A stretch of DNA of 64,000 nucleotides, from NCBI GenBank assembly GCA_030390025.1, contig CM059432.1:16060001-16124000 (forward strand), read 5' to 3'. The notes beneath the pieces are model-generated. The model ran no database searches. It had not been told where the DNA came from and worked only from the letters and a program-made list of their open reading frames with translations. Positions 25,804 through 38,415 of this stretch are shown here, piece by piece. The position numbers and the translations under genes were made by a program. The stretch is from Squalus acanthias. Lineage: Eukaryota. Positions within the stretch are counted from its first letter, which is position 1. Each line of letters starts with the position of its first letter.

Positions 25804-27332
25804 TGAGATTTAAAGTTATTTAGCAAGAGAAATGTTCAACTCCCTAAAATATTTTTGCATTTTCTCCAATAAATTAATTGGGCATTTTCCTTACATGTTT
25901 AGTGTCGGTACAAAAGGTTTGTAATGTAAATCTGGAGTTAAGACAGACCTGACTCCCGAGAAGAACTTAAGGAGACTCCCACCTTTGCTTTACTCTGGTG
26001 TCATGTTGGATCTGACTTCGGATTGAAACTGCATTTACGCTATAACTGTAGCGTGAATTAAAAGCACTCTGCACCAACACTATAGCTGTAATGTACATGC
26101 ACCCTAAGACTCAATGTCAGACGTAACTAGGAACTGGTTAAGAAGTGGGAGAACTAATTTATAATGTTACACAAGGGGGAGGCAATAACCAGATCTAAAA
26201 AATGAAACAGAAATAGACTTAAGCCTTTGAACAGATGATTTGATCGGAACATTTATTTTGGGTGAACAGCCTTAATGTCAGATTACAGACAAACCTCAAG
26301 AAATTCTTTCTGAACACATCAGGGAATGACAGATGTCTCAACATTACAGACTATAACAAACGCAGCAAGTGCAAATATGTGAGGGACCCACTAAATGCGC
26401 TATGAAGGTGCCGAGTTAATCGTAACAGGAGCTTACAAGGTTGAACAAGAGTAAATACAAGAGGCTGAACAAGATTTTGCCAAGCCACGTTATTCTAGAT
26501 ATAACATTGAGTACTCAGGCACTGTGCAGCTGGCTCTGGAATATTGATCCATTCCATTTTTAGAGTCCGACACTGGCGCAGTCAATTAAGGACTCAAATA
26601 ATAGGCTGGAGACGCAAGGAAAAGGGAATGGCCGGAATCAGAGGTCAGAGGAGACTCGTAGGAACCAAGCATGGCGATACATGACAGAGAGCATTACTGC
26701 CGTTTCCGTGACTTGGAAGATCCAGCATGAGGTATGGAAGAAGGCACATTGCTTAAAGAGGTAGACACAGGTAGCGCAATGCAGCGGATTCATTGGCCCT
26801 GAAGTTCTTGGTGTGCGAGGGGTCACGCCTCCGTCACAATCTCAACAAGTCTTTGTGCTTCCATGCCCATATAGATTGCTCTGTTGTGTTTCCCATGTAG
26901 CAAGTGTAAGTAACTGCTGCACTTCATGACCCTCCTATGCCATCTGCACTCCTGGGCTACTCTTCTTCTCCTCCTTCTGCCCATTCTCATAAACCCATCA
27001 GTGGCCACTACACCCATGCTTTTGGTCGGAAAAGCAGTCTCTACTATTTATTTTTCTCACGGCTGTTAAGTTCACTAACTCCAACCTTATCTGCAGTCAA
27101 ATACTTACCTTTTGATCAGTTCTGCAGTTGGGGAATGCTGCACTAGTTTAGCATTAATGCCAATATAACAAGGTCTTAAAAAAAATTACATTTGACTTTT
27201 TCATACTTGCAGCTAGCAAGGTAGGAATGTTCAGAGTTACGCTAATCAAGGACAAAGGTCATTGACCTGAAACGTTAACCCTACCTTTCTCTCTCCACGG
27301 ACGCTGCCTAACCTGCTGTCACTTGCTCCCAA

Positions 27333-27565
27333 AATAAGAACATAAGAAATAGGAGCAGGAGTAGGCCAGTTGGCCCTTTGAGCCTGCTCCGCCATTCAAT
27401 AAGATCATGGCTGATCTGATCTTGGGCTGAGCTCCATTTCCCTGCCTGTACCCCATAACCCATCACTCCCTTATTGTTCAAAAATCTGTCTATCTCCACC
27501 TTAAATATATTCAATGACCCAGCCTCCACAGCACTCTGGGGCAGAGAATTCCACAAATTCCACAA
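27333..27565 (-). mobile_element. CR1 3' tail fragment
   Basis: LWNSLPQSAVEAGSLNIFKVEIDRFL; truncates a degenerate family A hammerhead element at 27251-27318. Confidence 0.9.
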
Positions 27566-28470
27566 ATCCCACCAGGGAATTCTTCATTTGAGGTGAAACA
27601 ACCCAGAAACGCCAGGCCTCATGTTTCTATATAATCTTCCTCCCCTAGTTGATCCTCACAACTTGTAGTTACAATTTAAAAAACTGATGCAAGAAATATC
27701 CAATGCTTTGTACATTTGTTGAACTCACAGGTCATGTCTAATGATGAATGACTACACTTGGCTGTAGAGAATATTTAAGAGAAAGGCGTATTGCAGCAAG
27801 CCTGTGATAAACAACACTAGTCTGCCAAGCACTTACTGAAGCAGCACCAACAATATCATGACTTTGGGAGGGAAACATACAGAAAAGGAACTCTTCCTTC
27901 AGTTAAACCAAAATAAGCTTCAATAAATATTACATAGAGGAAACCTACCGTCAAGAAGACATAATAAAATGAATATTAGTCGGTACGTTCGCAGCTCAGT
28001 ATGTTGCTGAGCCAGATGGATCAGGAATGTCCCAATTCGATCCCCGGTTTTGGTTGAGTAAATTAGTTTCAATTGGGGTTCATTTCGAGGGGCGCCACAA
28101 TGAGTCTGTGCCTCTCGGCAGGATTGGGAAAAGAATCAAGCCTGGGTTCCCACTTCCAATTCCTATCCACAGCCACCTACGAGGACATTGGGTGAATAAT
28201 AAGTTTGGGATTAGCTGTCAAATAGCCTGCTGACACTTCAGAATAGTTTCCTCCCTTTTTGGTGGGTTTATTCAAAAGGGATGTTATTGAAGGAACTATA
28301 TCATTCAATGTATTTTCCTGGGTATTAGGCACAACATTACTTTCCAGCAATAAAAAGAGAAAATGCTGGAAATACTCAGCAGGTCAGGCAGCATCTGTGG
28401 AGAGAGAAACAGAGTTAATGTTTCAGGTCGATGACCTTTCGTCAGGTAATCGACCTGAAACGTTAACTAT

Positions 28471-30204
28471 GGCCGCGATTTCGCCTAGCGAGGCGAGCCC
28501 GGGGTCGGTAGCGCAGTCCCAGCCCGCTGCCTGCTCCATCCCACTCTGCTGAAGTGATTTTACGTCGATGGGGCTTGTTAAGCCCGCCCAGCGAGGTTCT
28601 CGGCCAATTAAAAGGAAGCGGGTCTGATGACGCGTCGTCAGCCAGTTTCTTTAAAGGGGCCATGTCCAAACTGATTTTGACAGTTGTGCTGTCAGTGTTC
28701 TACAGCATTGAGGTGCTGCAAACACTGACAATCACTGCACAAAGGTGCACAGCTGCACCCAGGCTCTCCCATGACTCCCTCCATATGCTTATGGAGGGAG
28801 TCACAGCACGCAGGGAGGTTCTCTTCCCTTCCCATGGGCGGAAGAGACCTCCCCAGGAGACCAACGCAGCCTGGTTGCACATTGCTCAGAAGGACACAAG
28901 CAGGGATGTCATCAGGAGGACCAGGCTGCAGTGCCACAAACCTTTCAATGATCTCAGTAGATCACGAAACGTTACTGCAAAGCCACACTCAACCTCATCC
29001 TGCTGTGCCACTCATCACATCCCCATCACTCTGCCTTCCCTACCCTACTCCTGCACATCCTTGCTCACACCAACTTACCTTGCACCTCCACCCATCCCTC
29101 TCTATCTACATTATCACTTCCCCATCTCACTAGCCACCCTCACACTCATCCTCATCCTAGTCCAATCACACAAGGGTAGGCAGTTGGATGTTTTAGCCAA
29201 TGTTCACGTGAAATTTCTGTTAATGTGCTGTCAAACATTGAAATCTTTTCAACACTTTGCCTTCATGGACAGATTTGTGTGCACCTTTCGAAGTGGCTTA
29301 GTGAGTTGCAGTGAATGGTGAGACATAACAGTTCCCCCTCCAATGGTGGTGAGTGTGAAAGGAATGGCTTGGTCATTGTAGGGATGCTTTATGGTGTTGG
29401 TGTGGGGTGATGCCAACCTGGTGCATCATGTAGCAGCCATATGGGTGTACAGCGTAAAGTTAACTAAATCTGCCCATGAAGGCAGCATCCCGGGCAGCAA
29501 TGTGGTCGGGTGCTGATGCCGTGTCCTGTGCAGCATCAGGTGATTGCGGAGAAGGTTGGTGTTGTTGTTGGTGCTGCTGGTTTGCCTGGTGATGCTGGTG
29601 TTGTGGCTGATCGTTGTGGGATTCTGAGGACCAAGGTGAGATTTTTTTCAAGGGCACCGATGCTGATGGAATAGGTGAGGTTGAGATGACAGAAACGATC
29701 TGTCAATGGTGAGAGAGGTTGTTCCAATGAGGTGACACTAGATAGAGAGTTTGCTCCAAACACTTGCAAGCGACATAAAGCTCAATCTGTCTTCCAAATG
29801 CAGTAAGCAACAGCTTCTAACCTTGGAAGGTGAAGACCTATGAAATGGGAGCTTTTATAGACCATTTGCAGCGGTCAAGTTCGTAAATCATCCCATGCTG
29901 ACACAACACCCGACCTCCTTACATGACGTGATCCCCTAGCAGCAGGGAAGCCATTGGCGAACTCTAAAAATCTAAAGGTAAGCTTAAAATACGACTTAAT
30001 TGCCTCTTAACAATCCAGCTAATGATCTAAATTGCCTCCCCTTCGCTTGGTGTCGGGTCTGTTCAGCACTGACAGACCCGACACCTGGGAGACTAGCGTG
30101 AAGGCGGGTTGACAGCGGGGGTCCCGACCCGCTGTGCATCATTTGAAATTTCACAGCTGGCCCGCCTCCGATCCCGTCCTCTCAGCGCCGGCAAAATTTC
30201 GGCC
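28471..30204 (+). mobile_element. Non-autonomous PIF/Harbinger transposon with Myb/SANT-like ORF remnant
   Basis: TIRs GGCCGCGATTTCGCC / GGCCGAAATTTTGCC(rc); TSD TAT; removing it restores the family A consensus CGTTAACTnTGTTTC. Confidence 0.88.
28725..28975 (+). pseudogene. Myb/SANT-like DNA-binding domain remnant (Harbinger accessory ORF)
   Basis: APRLSHDSLHMLMEGVTARREVLFP...AAWLHIAQ...RRTRLQCHKPFNDL fits the pattern F...LL..V..R...LF...W..IA...RT..QC.K.(W/F).DL. Confidence 0.8.
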
Positions 30205-31372
30205 TATGTTTCTTTCTCCACAGATGCTGCCTGACCTGCTGAGTATTTCCAGCATTTTCTGTTTTTATATCTGATTTCCAGCATCCGCATTATTTTGCTT
30301 TTGCATTACTTTCCAGCATCCATTGCATCTAGTGAGGTGGGAGGGAAGGGGGGGTTACATTTTAAAATGGACCACAATCTGAGTACAAAATCAATCAATC
30401 GTAAGACAATTTTTTTTTTAAATGTAAAAATCTGCAGCCTTCTTTAGCGCCGCTGGAGCCAGCCGACCACGCTTTGCCACTCCAGGTGACCAACACCTGC
30501 AGCAGCAACATTCCCACCACCACGAGCAGACTCCCAGGCAAGGCTGCAAATCCCAGCAGGACCCGGTCCATCTCCAGAGCCGGCAAAATCCCTCTCGGTC
30601 AATGTTAGGGCCGATGCCCAGTCCACCCTGCCGCAATTATTGTGAAGATTATGGCCTCGGAGGAGCTGCCTAGAGCCTCTTAGATAAAGTACTGGAGGTC
30701 ATCCTGTTGAACAATACCCCACCGTAAGACAACTGGGGCTTTGGGGGAGAGAAAGGGAGGGAGGGAAATTGAGGAAGAGAAAAATGAATATAAATGCATG
30801 AAGTTCCCTTTTCTTACTATAGATTTTAAGGAGGATGCATCAATTATGTTCGCTCATTCAAATATTACAAGGTCAGAAGATAGCTACGAATGAGGAAGGC
30901 CATTCGGCCCATCTTAACTCATTCATCCAGAGAGAACATACCCCCACTGCAACATCCTATGCTTTCCTAAGTGATTCCGGGGTTTTTGCCTCTATTACTC
31001 TAACTGGGAGTTTATTCCGCATGTTGATCATGATTTGTGTCCTGATTTCAGTCCTCAAATTATCTCCTACTAGCTGAAATCTATGTCCTCTAGCTCTGCA
31101 CCCATAATTTAATTTGAAGAATGTTCTGGGTTAAACACTTAACAATGTTGTATATCTCTGCGAGATCACCTCTCAGATACCTCCTTTCCAGGCTGAAAAG
31201 TTAAAGTTTCTTCCGTCTTTCCTCAGAACTCAGACGCCTGACACTCGGGATCTGCCTCGTGGCTATTCTCTGCATTGGTTCAAGTTCTTGAATGTCTCTC
31301 TTGTTTCTTGGTGACCAGAAATGGATGTAATCTTCAAGGCGCAGTCTGAGCAGAGTGCTATATAAAGCTTGA

Positions 31373-31586
31373 GAAGTCGCACAACACCAGGTTATAGTCC
31401 AACAGCTTTATTTGAAATCACAAGCTTTCGGAGTGCAGCTCCTTCGTCAGGTGACGTCACTTCACCTGACGAAGGAGCAGCGCTCTGAAAGCTTGTGATT
31501 TCAAATAAAGCTGTTGGACTATAACCTGGTGTTGTGCGACTTCTCACATTTGTCCACCCCAGTCCAACACCGGCATCTCCACATCA
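31373..31586. mobile_element. Palindromic Penelope-like hammerhead element, family B
   Basis: ~85-bp arms 31370-31454 / 31462-31546, 40-nt tail, 14-bp TSD TATATAAAG(C/T)TTGA (31359-31372, 31587-31600); hammerhead cores at 31418-31454(-) and 31462-31498(+). Confidence 0.88.
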
Positions 31587-31620
31587 TATATAAAGTTTGA
31601 TCAAGACCTCCCCTGAATTA

Positions 31621-34441
31621 TAGAAACATAGAAACAGTACAGCACAGTACAGGCCCTTCGGCCCTCGATGTTGTGCCGAGCATTGTCCGAGACCAAGATC
31701 AAGCTATCACACTCCCTATCACTCTGGTGTGCTCCATGTGCTTATCCAATAACCGCTTGAATGTTCCTAAAGTGTCCGACTCCACTATCACAGCAGGCAG
31801 TCCATTCCACACCCCAACCACTCTCTGAGTAAAGAATCTACCTCGGACGTCCCTTCTATATCTCCCCCCATGCACCTTATAGTTATGCCCCCTTGTAACA
31901 GCTGCCTCTACCCGAGGAAATAGTCTCTGAACATCCACTCTATCTATCCCCCTCATCATCTTATAAACCTCTATTAAGTCGCCTCTCATCCTCCTCCGCT
32001 CTAAAGAGAAAAGCCCCAACTCCCTCAATCTTTCCTCATAAGACCTCCCCCCCAAACCAGGCAGCATCCTGGTAAATCTCCTTTGCACTCTTTCCAATGC
32101 TTTCACGTCCTTCCTATAGTGAGGTGACCAGAACTGCACACAATATTCCAAATGTGGTCTCACCAAGGTCCTGTACAGTTGCAGCATAACCTCACGGTTC
32201 TTAAACTCAAACCCTCTGTTAATAAACGCCAACACACCATAGGCCTTCTTTACTGCTCTATCCACTTGAGTGGCAACCTTCAGAGATCTGTGGATATGAA
32301 CCCCCAGATCCCTCTGCTCCTCCACGTTCCTCAGAACCCTGCCGTTGACCCTGTAATCCTTATTCAAATTTGCCCTACCAAAATGAATCACCTCGCACTT
32401 ATCAGGGTTAAATTCCATCTGCCATTTTTCGGCACAGCTCTGCATCCTATCAATGTCTCTTTGCAGCCTACAACTGCCCTCCACCTCATCCACTACTCCA
32501 CCAATCTTGGTGTCATCAGCAAATTTACTGATCCACCCTTCAGTCCCCTCCTCCAAGTCATTGATAAAAATCACAAACAGCAGAGGACCCAGCACCGACC
32601 CCTGTGGCACACCGCTGGTAACTGGTCTCAGTCCGAAAATGTTCCATCCACCACCACCCTCTGCCTTCTATGAGATAGCCAGTTACTTATCCAATCGGCC
32701 AAATTTCCCTCTATCCCACAACTCCTTACTTTCTTCATGAGCCGACCATGGGGAACCTTATCAAACGCCTTACTAAAATCCATGTATACGACATCAACTG
32801 CTCTACCTTCATCTACACACTTAGTTACCTCCTCAAAGAATTCAATCAAATTTGTTAGGCAAGACTTACCCTTCACGAATCCGTGTTGACTATCCCTGAT
32901 TAAGTTGCCCCTTTCCAAATGGTCATAAATCCTATCCCTCAGGACCTTTTCCATTATCTTACCAACCACCGAAGTAAGACTAACCGGCCTATAATTACCA
33001 GGGTCATTCCTATTTCCTTTCTTGAAGAGAGGAACAACATTCGCCACTCTCCAGTCCTCTGGCACCATCCCCGTGGACAGTGAGGACCCAAAGATCAAAG
33101 CCAGAGGCTCTGCAATCTCCTCCCTTGCCTCCCAAAGAATCCTAGGATATATCCCATCTGGCCCAGGGGACTTATCGACCCTCAGGTTCTTCAAAATTGC
33201 TAAAACATCTTCCCTCAGAACATCTACCACCTCCAGCCTATCCACCTTTATCACACTCTCATCCTCAAGAACATGGCCCCTCTCCTCGGTGAACACTGAC
33301 GAAAAGTATTCATTCATCACCTCTCCTATCTCTTCTGACTCCATGCACAAGTTCCCACTACTGTCCTTGACCGGCCCTACCCTCACCCTGGTCATTCTTT
33401 TATTTCTCACATAAGAGTAAAAGGCCTTGGGGTTTTTCTTGATCCAACCCGCCAAGGACTTCTCATGCCCCCTCCTAGCTCTCCTAAGCTCTTTTTTTAG
33501 CTCATTCCTTGTTACCTTGTACCCCTCAATCGACCCAACTGAACCTTGTTTTCTCATCCTTACATACGCTTCCTTTTTCCTCTTGACTAGACATTCAACC
33601 TCTTTTGTGAACCATGGTTCTCTCACTCGGCCATTTCCTCCCTGCCTGACAGGGACATACCTATCAAGGACACGCAGTAATTGCTCCATGAAAAAGCTCC
33701 ACTTTTCGTTTGTGCCTTTCCCTGATAGTTTCTGTTCCCATCTTATACTCCCTAATTCTTGCCTAATCGCATCATAATTACCCCTCCCCCAATTATAAAC
33801 CCTGCCCTGCCGTATGGCCCTATCCCTCTCCATTGCAATAGTGAAAGTTACCGAATTGTGGTCACTATCTCCAAAGTGCTCTCCCACATACAAATCAAAC
33901 ACTTGGCCCGGTTCATTACCCAGTACCAAATCCAACGTGGCCCCAGCTCTTGTCGGCCTATCCACATATTGTGTCAGGAAACCCTCCTGCACACACTGTG
34001 CAAAAACTATCCCATCCGAACTGTTTGACCTATAAAGGTTCCAATCAATATTTGGAAAGTTGAACCCATGACAACTACTCTGTGACCTCCACACCTATTC
34101 ATAATCTGCTTTGCAATTTCTTCCTCCACATCTCTATTACTATTTGGGGGCCTGTAGAAAACTCCTAACAACGTGACCGCTCCTTTCCTATTTCTAACTT
34201 CAGCCCATATTACCTCAGACGGCAGATCCCCCTCGAACTGCCTTTCTGCCGCTGTTAAACTATCCTTGATTAACAATGCTACTCCTCCACCTTTCTTACC
34301 AACTTCCCTACTCTTACTGAAACATCTATACCCCGGAACTTCCAACAACCATTCCTGTCCCTGTTCTAACCATGTCTCCGTAATGGCCACCACATCGTAG
34401 TCCCAAGTACCAATCCACGCTCCAAGTTCTCCTACCTTATT
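31621..34441 (-). mobile_element. Young CR1 LINE, almost complete ORF2 (APE + RT) with two frameshifts
   Basis: ORFs 34007-34393, 32628-34094, 31699-32610: AITETWL, FYRPPNS, SDHN, KSPGPDGI, NYRPVSLTS, DFSKAFDKVPH, PQGSVLGP, FADDTK; (TTTCTATG)n tail. Confidence 0.97.
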
Positions 34442-35261
34442 CTACTGTTCTGTCTACATAGTTCAACATCTTATTTCTCAAGGGCAATTAGGGATGGGCA
34501 ATAAATGCTGGCTATGCCAGTGATGCCCACATCCCAGGAACGAATAAAATTTGCTTTGTTGACTGCTGCTCTGCATTGGTTGGACATGTTTAGCGTTGAG
34601 TCTACTAAGACACCTGGGTCTCTTTACGCTTTATCCGTAGCTATGTCAAGACCATTCATGGAGTAGCACTTTATCAATATTAAATTTCATCCGCCATTTT
34701 ACTCCACTTGTATATTTTGTCCAATTCAATTTCTGAACTGCTTCTTCCCATTCAATTGGCCTTCCTAGTTTGATACTGTCTGCAAATTTGACCACTTTGG
34801 ACTGAGTTTCTGAATCAGAACAGCAGTAGTTCCAACACCAAGCCCTGAGGCACTCCACTCCGTACTTCCTGACGTAACTACTCTCCTGCCAATTTCTTAT
34901 CCATTCCCACGGTTTACTTCTGAATTCCCCCAGTTCTGAGTTTAATGAATAACCTTTAACGTGGAACTTTATCAAAAGCCTTTTGAAAGTCTAGATACAC
35001 CACGTCATAGGGTTTACCACAGTCCATTTAGGTTGTCACTTCCTCAAAGTAGTCGAGGAGGTTGGCCAGACAGGGTCTTCCCCTTCTGAATCCAGGCTGA
35101 CTGCTGTTAACTAGGTTATTGATGGACAGATGATCCTCAAGTTTAATTCCACCACACAAGACCAATTGATATAGATTCACTGCAGTGTGCACTTTTAACG
35201 TACATGTCTATCTATTAGTTGCTGCAGTGTTTTCTAAGTAAATATTGCTCCCATGTTCTGT

Positions 35262-35366
35262 TTTTCTGATAAAAGGCCATCGACCTGAAACGTTAACTCT
35301 GTTTCTCTCTCTCCACAGATGCTGCCTGACCCGCTGAGTATTTCCAGCATTTTCTGTTTTTATTCC
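35262..35366 (+). mobile_element. Family A hammerhead element, single arm with mutated core
   Basis: CTGATAAAAGGCCATCGACCTGAAACGTTAACTCTGTTTC...; G8 mutated to A. Confidence 0.75.
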
Positions 35367-35369
35367 ACT

Positions 35370-37275
35370 GGCCGGAATTTTGCCTACCTGGGCGGGTCCG
35401 GTGCGGGCAGTGGCCATGGCGGGTCGCGACCCCGCAGCTAGCTCCATCCCATTGCTGAAAATGAACTTACGTTAATAGGGCCTATTAAACCCGCCCAGCA
35501 CGTTACCCGGCCCAATTAAATGGAATGGGTCTGGTGACGCATTTTCAGCCGGGGTCCTTAAAGGGACATTGGCTACATTAGATTTGATGTTTAATCCAAC
35601 AGTGTTGTCAGTGCACTACAGCATTGGAGTGCTGCAAACACTGACAATGACTGCACAGAGGCAGAAGGCTGCACCCAGGTTCCCCGATGACTCCCTCCAT
35701 TAGCACGCAGGGAGGTCCTCTTCCCTTCCGATGGGCGGAAGAGACCTCCCCAAAAGACCAAAACAACCTGGTTGCAGATTACAGAGGAGGTCACAAGCAG
35801 GGATGTGTTCAGGAGGAGCAGGCTGCAGTGCCGCAAACATTTCAATGATCTCAGTAGATCACGAAGCGTTAGTACAAATCCACACTCACCTTTATTGGGT
35901 ATATTCAAAACAGAAGTCAATAGATTTCTGACTAGTAAGGGCATCAAGGGATATGGCGATAGGTTCGGTGAATGGAGTTGAGGCAGAAGATCAGCCATGA
36001 TCTCACTGAATGGCGGAGCAGGCTCGAAGGGCCTACTCCTGCTCCTATTTCTTATGTTCTTATCCTGCTGTGCCTCTCATCACATCCCCATCACTCTGCC
36101 TGCCCTACCCTACCCCTGCACATCCTTACTCACACTAACTTACCTTGCATCTCCACCCATTCATCTCTATCTACATTATCACTTCCCCATCTCACTAGCC
36201 ACCCCTCACACTCCCCCTCATCCTAGTGCAATCATACCAACTAATAACACACAAGGGTAGCCTCTTGGGTGTTTTATCCAATGTTTACGTAAAGTTTCCA
36301 TTAATGTGCTGTCAAACATTGAAATCTTTATTTTCAACACTTTCTGTTCTTGGACAGATTTGTGTGCATCTTTGGAAGTGGCTTAGTGAGTTGCAGTGAA
36401 TGGTGAGACATAACAGTTCCCCCTGCAATGGTGGTGAGTGTGAAAGGAATGGCTTGGTCATTGTAGGGATGCTTTATGGTGTTGTTGTGGGGTGATGCCA
36501 ACCTGGTGCATCATGTAGCAGCCATATGGGTGTATAGCATAAAATTAACTAAATCTGGCCATGATGAAGGCATCCCTGGCCAGCAATGTGGTCGGGTGCT
36601 GATGCACTCTGCCCTGTGCAGCATCAGGTGATTGCAGAGAAGGTTGGTGCTAGTGTTGTTGGTGCTGGTGTTGGGGCTCATCGTGGTCCAATTCGGAGGA
36701 CCAAGGTGAGACAGTATAAAGGGCACCCATGTTGATGGAGTAGATGGTAGGTGAAGTACAGATGACAGAAGCATTCTGTCAATGCTGAGAGAGTTCTTCC
36801 AATGATGTGAGACTGGATGGAGGCTTTGCTGGAAAGACTTGCAGCCTGCAGAATCTGTGCTGAAAATGGACTGAGCAACAGCTTCTGCCTGAGGAAAGTG
36901 ATGATCTGTCAGGTGGGAGCTTTTACTGTACATTTGATGCTATCAAGTAATCAGCTGGAGCAATGGCCACTGAACTCCCGCCTCAGGTTGACAGATGTGC
37001 TTCCCGAGCAGCGTGGTTGCCGTGGCCATGCAGTTAAATTTAAAAAGTAAGTTAAAAAAAAGCCTGTTAAGGGTCTAACAACTAGCTGTTAATCATCTCA
37101 ATTGGATCACCCGCTGCTACCGGTCAGGTCAGCTCCGCGATGACAGACGTGCCCAGGGGGGAAAGGCACGTAGGGGCGGGATGACAGCGGGTTCCCGACC
37201 CGCTGTCAAAAATAACAACTTTCCCACCCGACCCACCACCGATCGTGCCCGCTACCACCCTGGAAAATTCCGGCC
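35370..37275 (+). mobile_element. Second non-autonomous Harbinger of the 28471 family
   Basis: 12-bp perfect TIR GGCCGGAATTTT; TSD ACT; colinear with 28471-30204; W.QITEEVTSRDVFRRSRLQCRKHFNDL; CR1 tail inserted at ~35895-36062. Confidence 0.9.
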
Positions 37276-37649
37276 ACTGTTTTTCAGTACGCTGTTTTCG
37301 AAATCCTCTGAGCACGTCCTAATGATTTGCACCTGAGTACGGCTAAATAGACCTTTTCCGTGTAGTTCTGCCTTGTTAAATATTAATTCTCAGCCCTGCT
37401 CTCCAGTATTATCCTGTTGTATACATCACAAATAATTGCTGCGGACAAAGCCAGAACAAATGATGAGATGGCTTCCCACGAGAAGACCATATAAAAATCC
37501 ACAAATATTACACTGAACACATATATACATATTCACATCGAGCATAATCATAAACTATTCCAAATTATTATTGTACCGTCCAGCTTAAAGCACCCAACCA
37601 ATACGATTTTTTGATTGGTGATGTAAAAGATGCCATTTGTTTCTGCCGT

Positions 37650-38415
37650 TAGTTAGACTTGCCTGTTCAATCTCGACGATATTTTGCGCTGAAAGTGCGA
37701 GCTGATAATGCCGCAGTGAGGGAAACCGGGCATCTGGGATTTGCGTGAACAGGTCAAGCAACTGCGTATCTGCTTAACCAATCAGATTAACAGCGCAAGG
37801 ACTGAGAAGGAAATGTAATTAGAGTGGGTGAATTCAATGCCAAATCAGGTACAGAAAAAGAAATAGAGAGAGAAAGAAAGATTGGATTAAGAGAGAGAGA
37901 AAAGAGAGACAGAAAGGAAAAGTAAAAAAAAAAATTAATTTTCACATTTTTAAGATATCCAACAACAATTAAAACCTGAAGGAATGAGACTCCACACTTA
38001 TAATAGTTAATTTTCGATACCAGAGAGGTTTATTGGCAGTATTTAACTATTCGCACTGTTAAAAGAATGACAGACAGCTAATCCAGGCATAATTAAATAT
38101 GCATGGTTGGTAAATGGCTCCAAAATAGGCTCTTTGCATCACTTCAGACCAGCTCCATCTTTCTGTGGCGAGTTTAGTTCGTATCTACCATGCAAGTACA
38201 GCAACGTCACGCCGCTCAATGCATTTCAGTGGTGAGCCAGACAGCGAGACGCCTTTTTCGCGAAGCTAACGGCGGAGCGACGCATCTTGGACAGCGACGT
38301 TTGGATTTCCATGTTTAATCTTGCGTTTAATCGCCTTAAGTTGCTGTACCATTGACGCATAAATAACGGCGAGCGCCATTAGCCTCACTGTTATTTTGAC
38401 GGCAAATTATGGGCC
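37650..38415. mobile_element. Probable MITE/DNA-transposon derivative, only one end clear
   Basis: CpG-rich ends around AT/GA-rich middle; right terminus rc GGCCCATAATTTGC resembles the GGCC...AATTT TIR class. Confidence 0.4.

Larger units (their letters stand above)
28350..30303. mobile_element. Palindromic Penelope-like hammerhead element, family A, split by a Harbinger element
   Basis: Minus arm 28350-28445, plus arm ~28444-28470 + 30205-30303; perfect 15-bp TSD CATTACTTTCCAGCA (28335-28349, 30304-30318). Confidence 0.85.
30870..35160 (-). mobile_element. Old CR1 fragmented by three younger insertions
   Basis: Pieces ~30870-31372, 31587-31620, 34441-34475, 34550-35160; VKFADSIKLG, WRMKFNIDK and F.KAFDKVP-region DNA on minus strand. 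Confidence 0.7.

Noticed and set aside
29460..29657. Gln/His-rich ORF as a host gene
   Set aside because: Inside the Harbinger element and frame not preserved in the sister copy; at most a decayed transposase 5' region
32152..34400. Plus-strand ORFs of 70-170 aa
   Set aside because: Antisense shadows of CR1 ORF2
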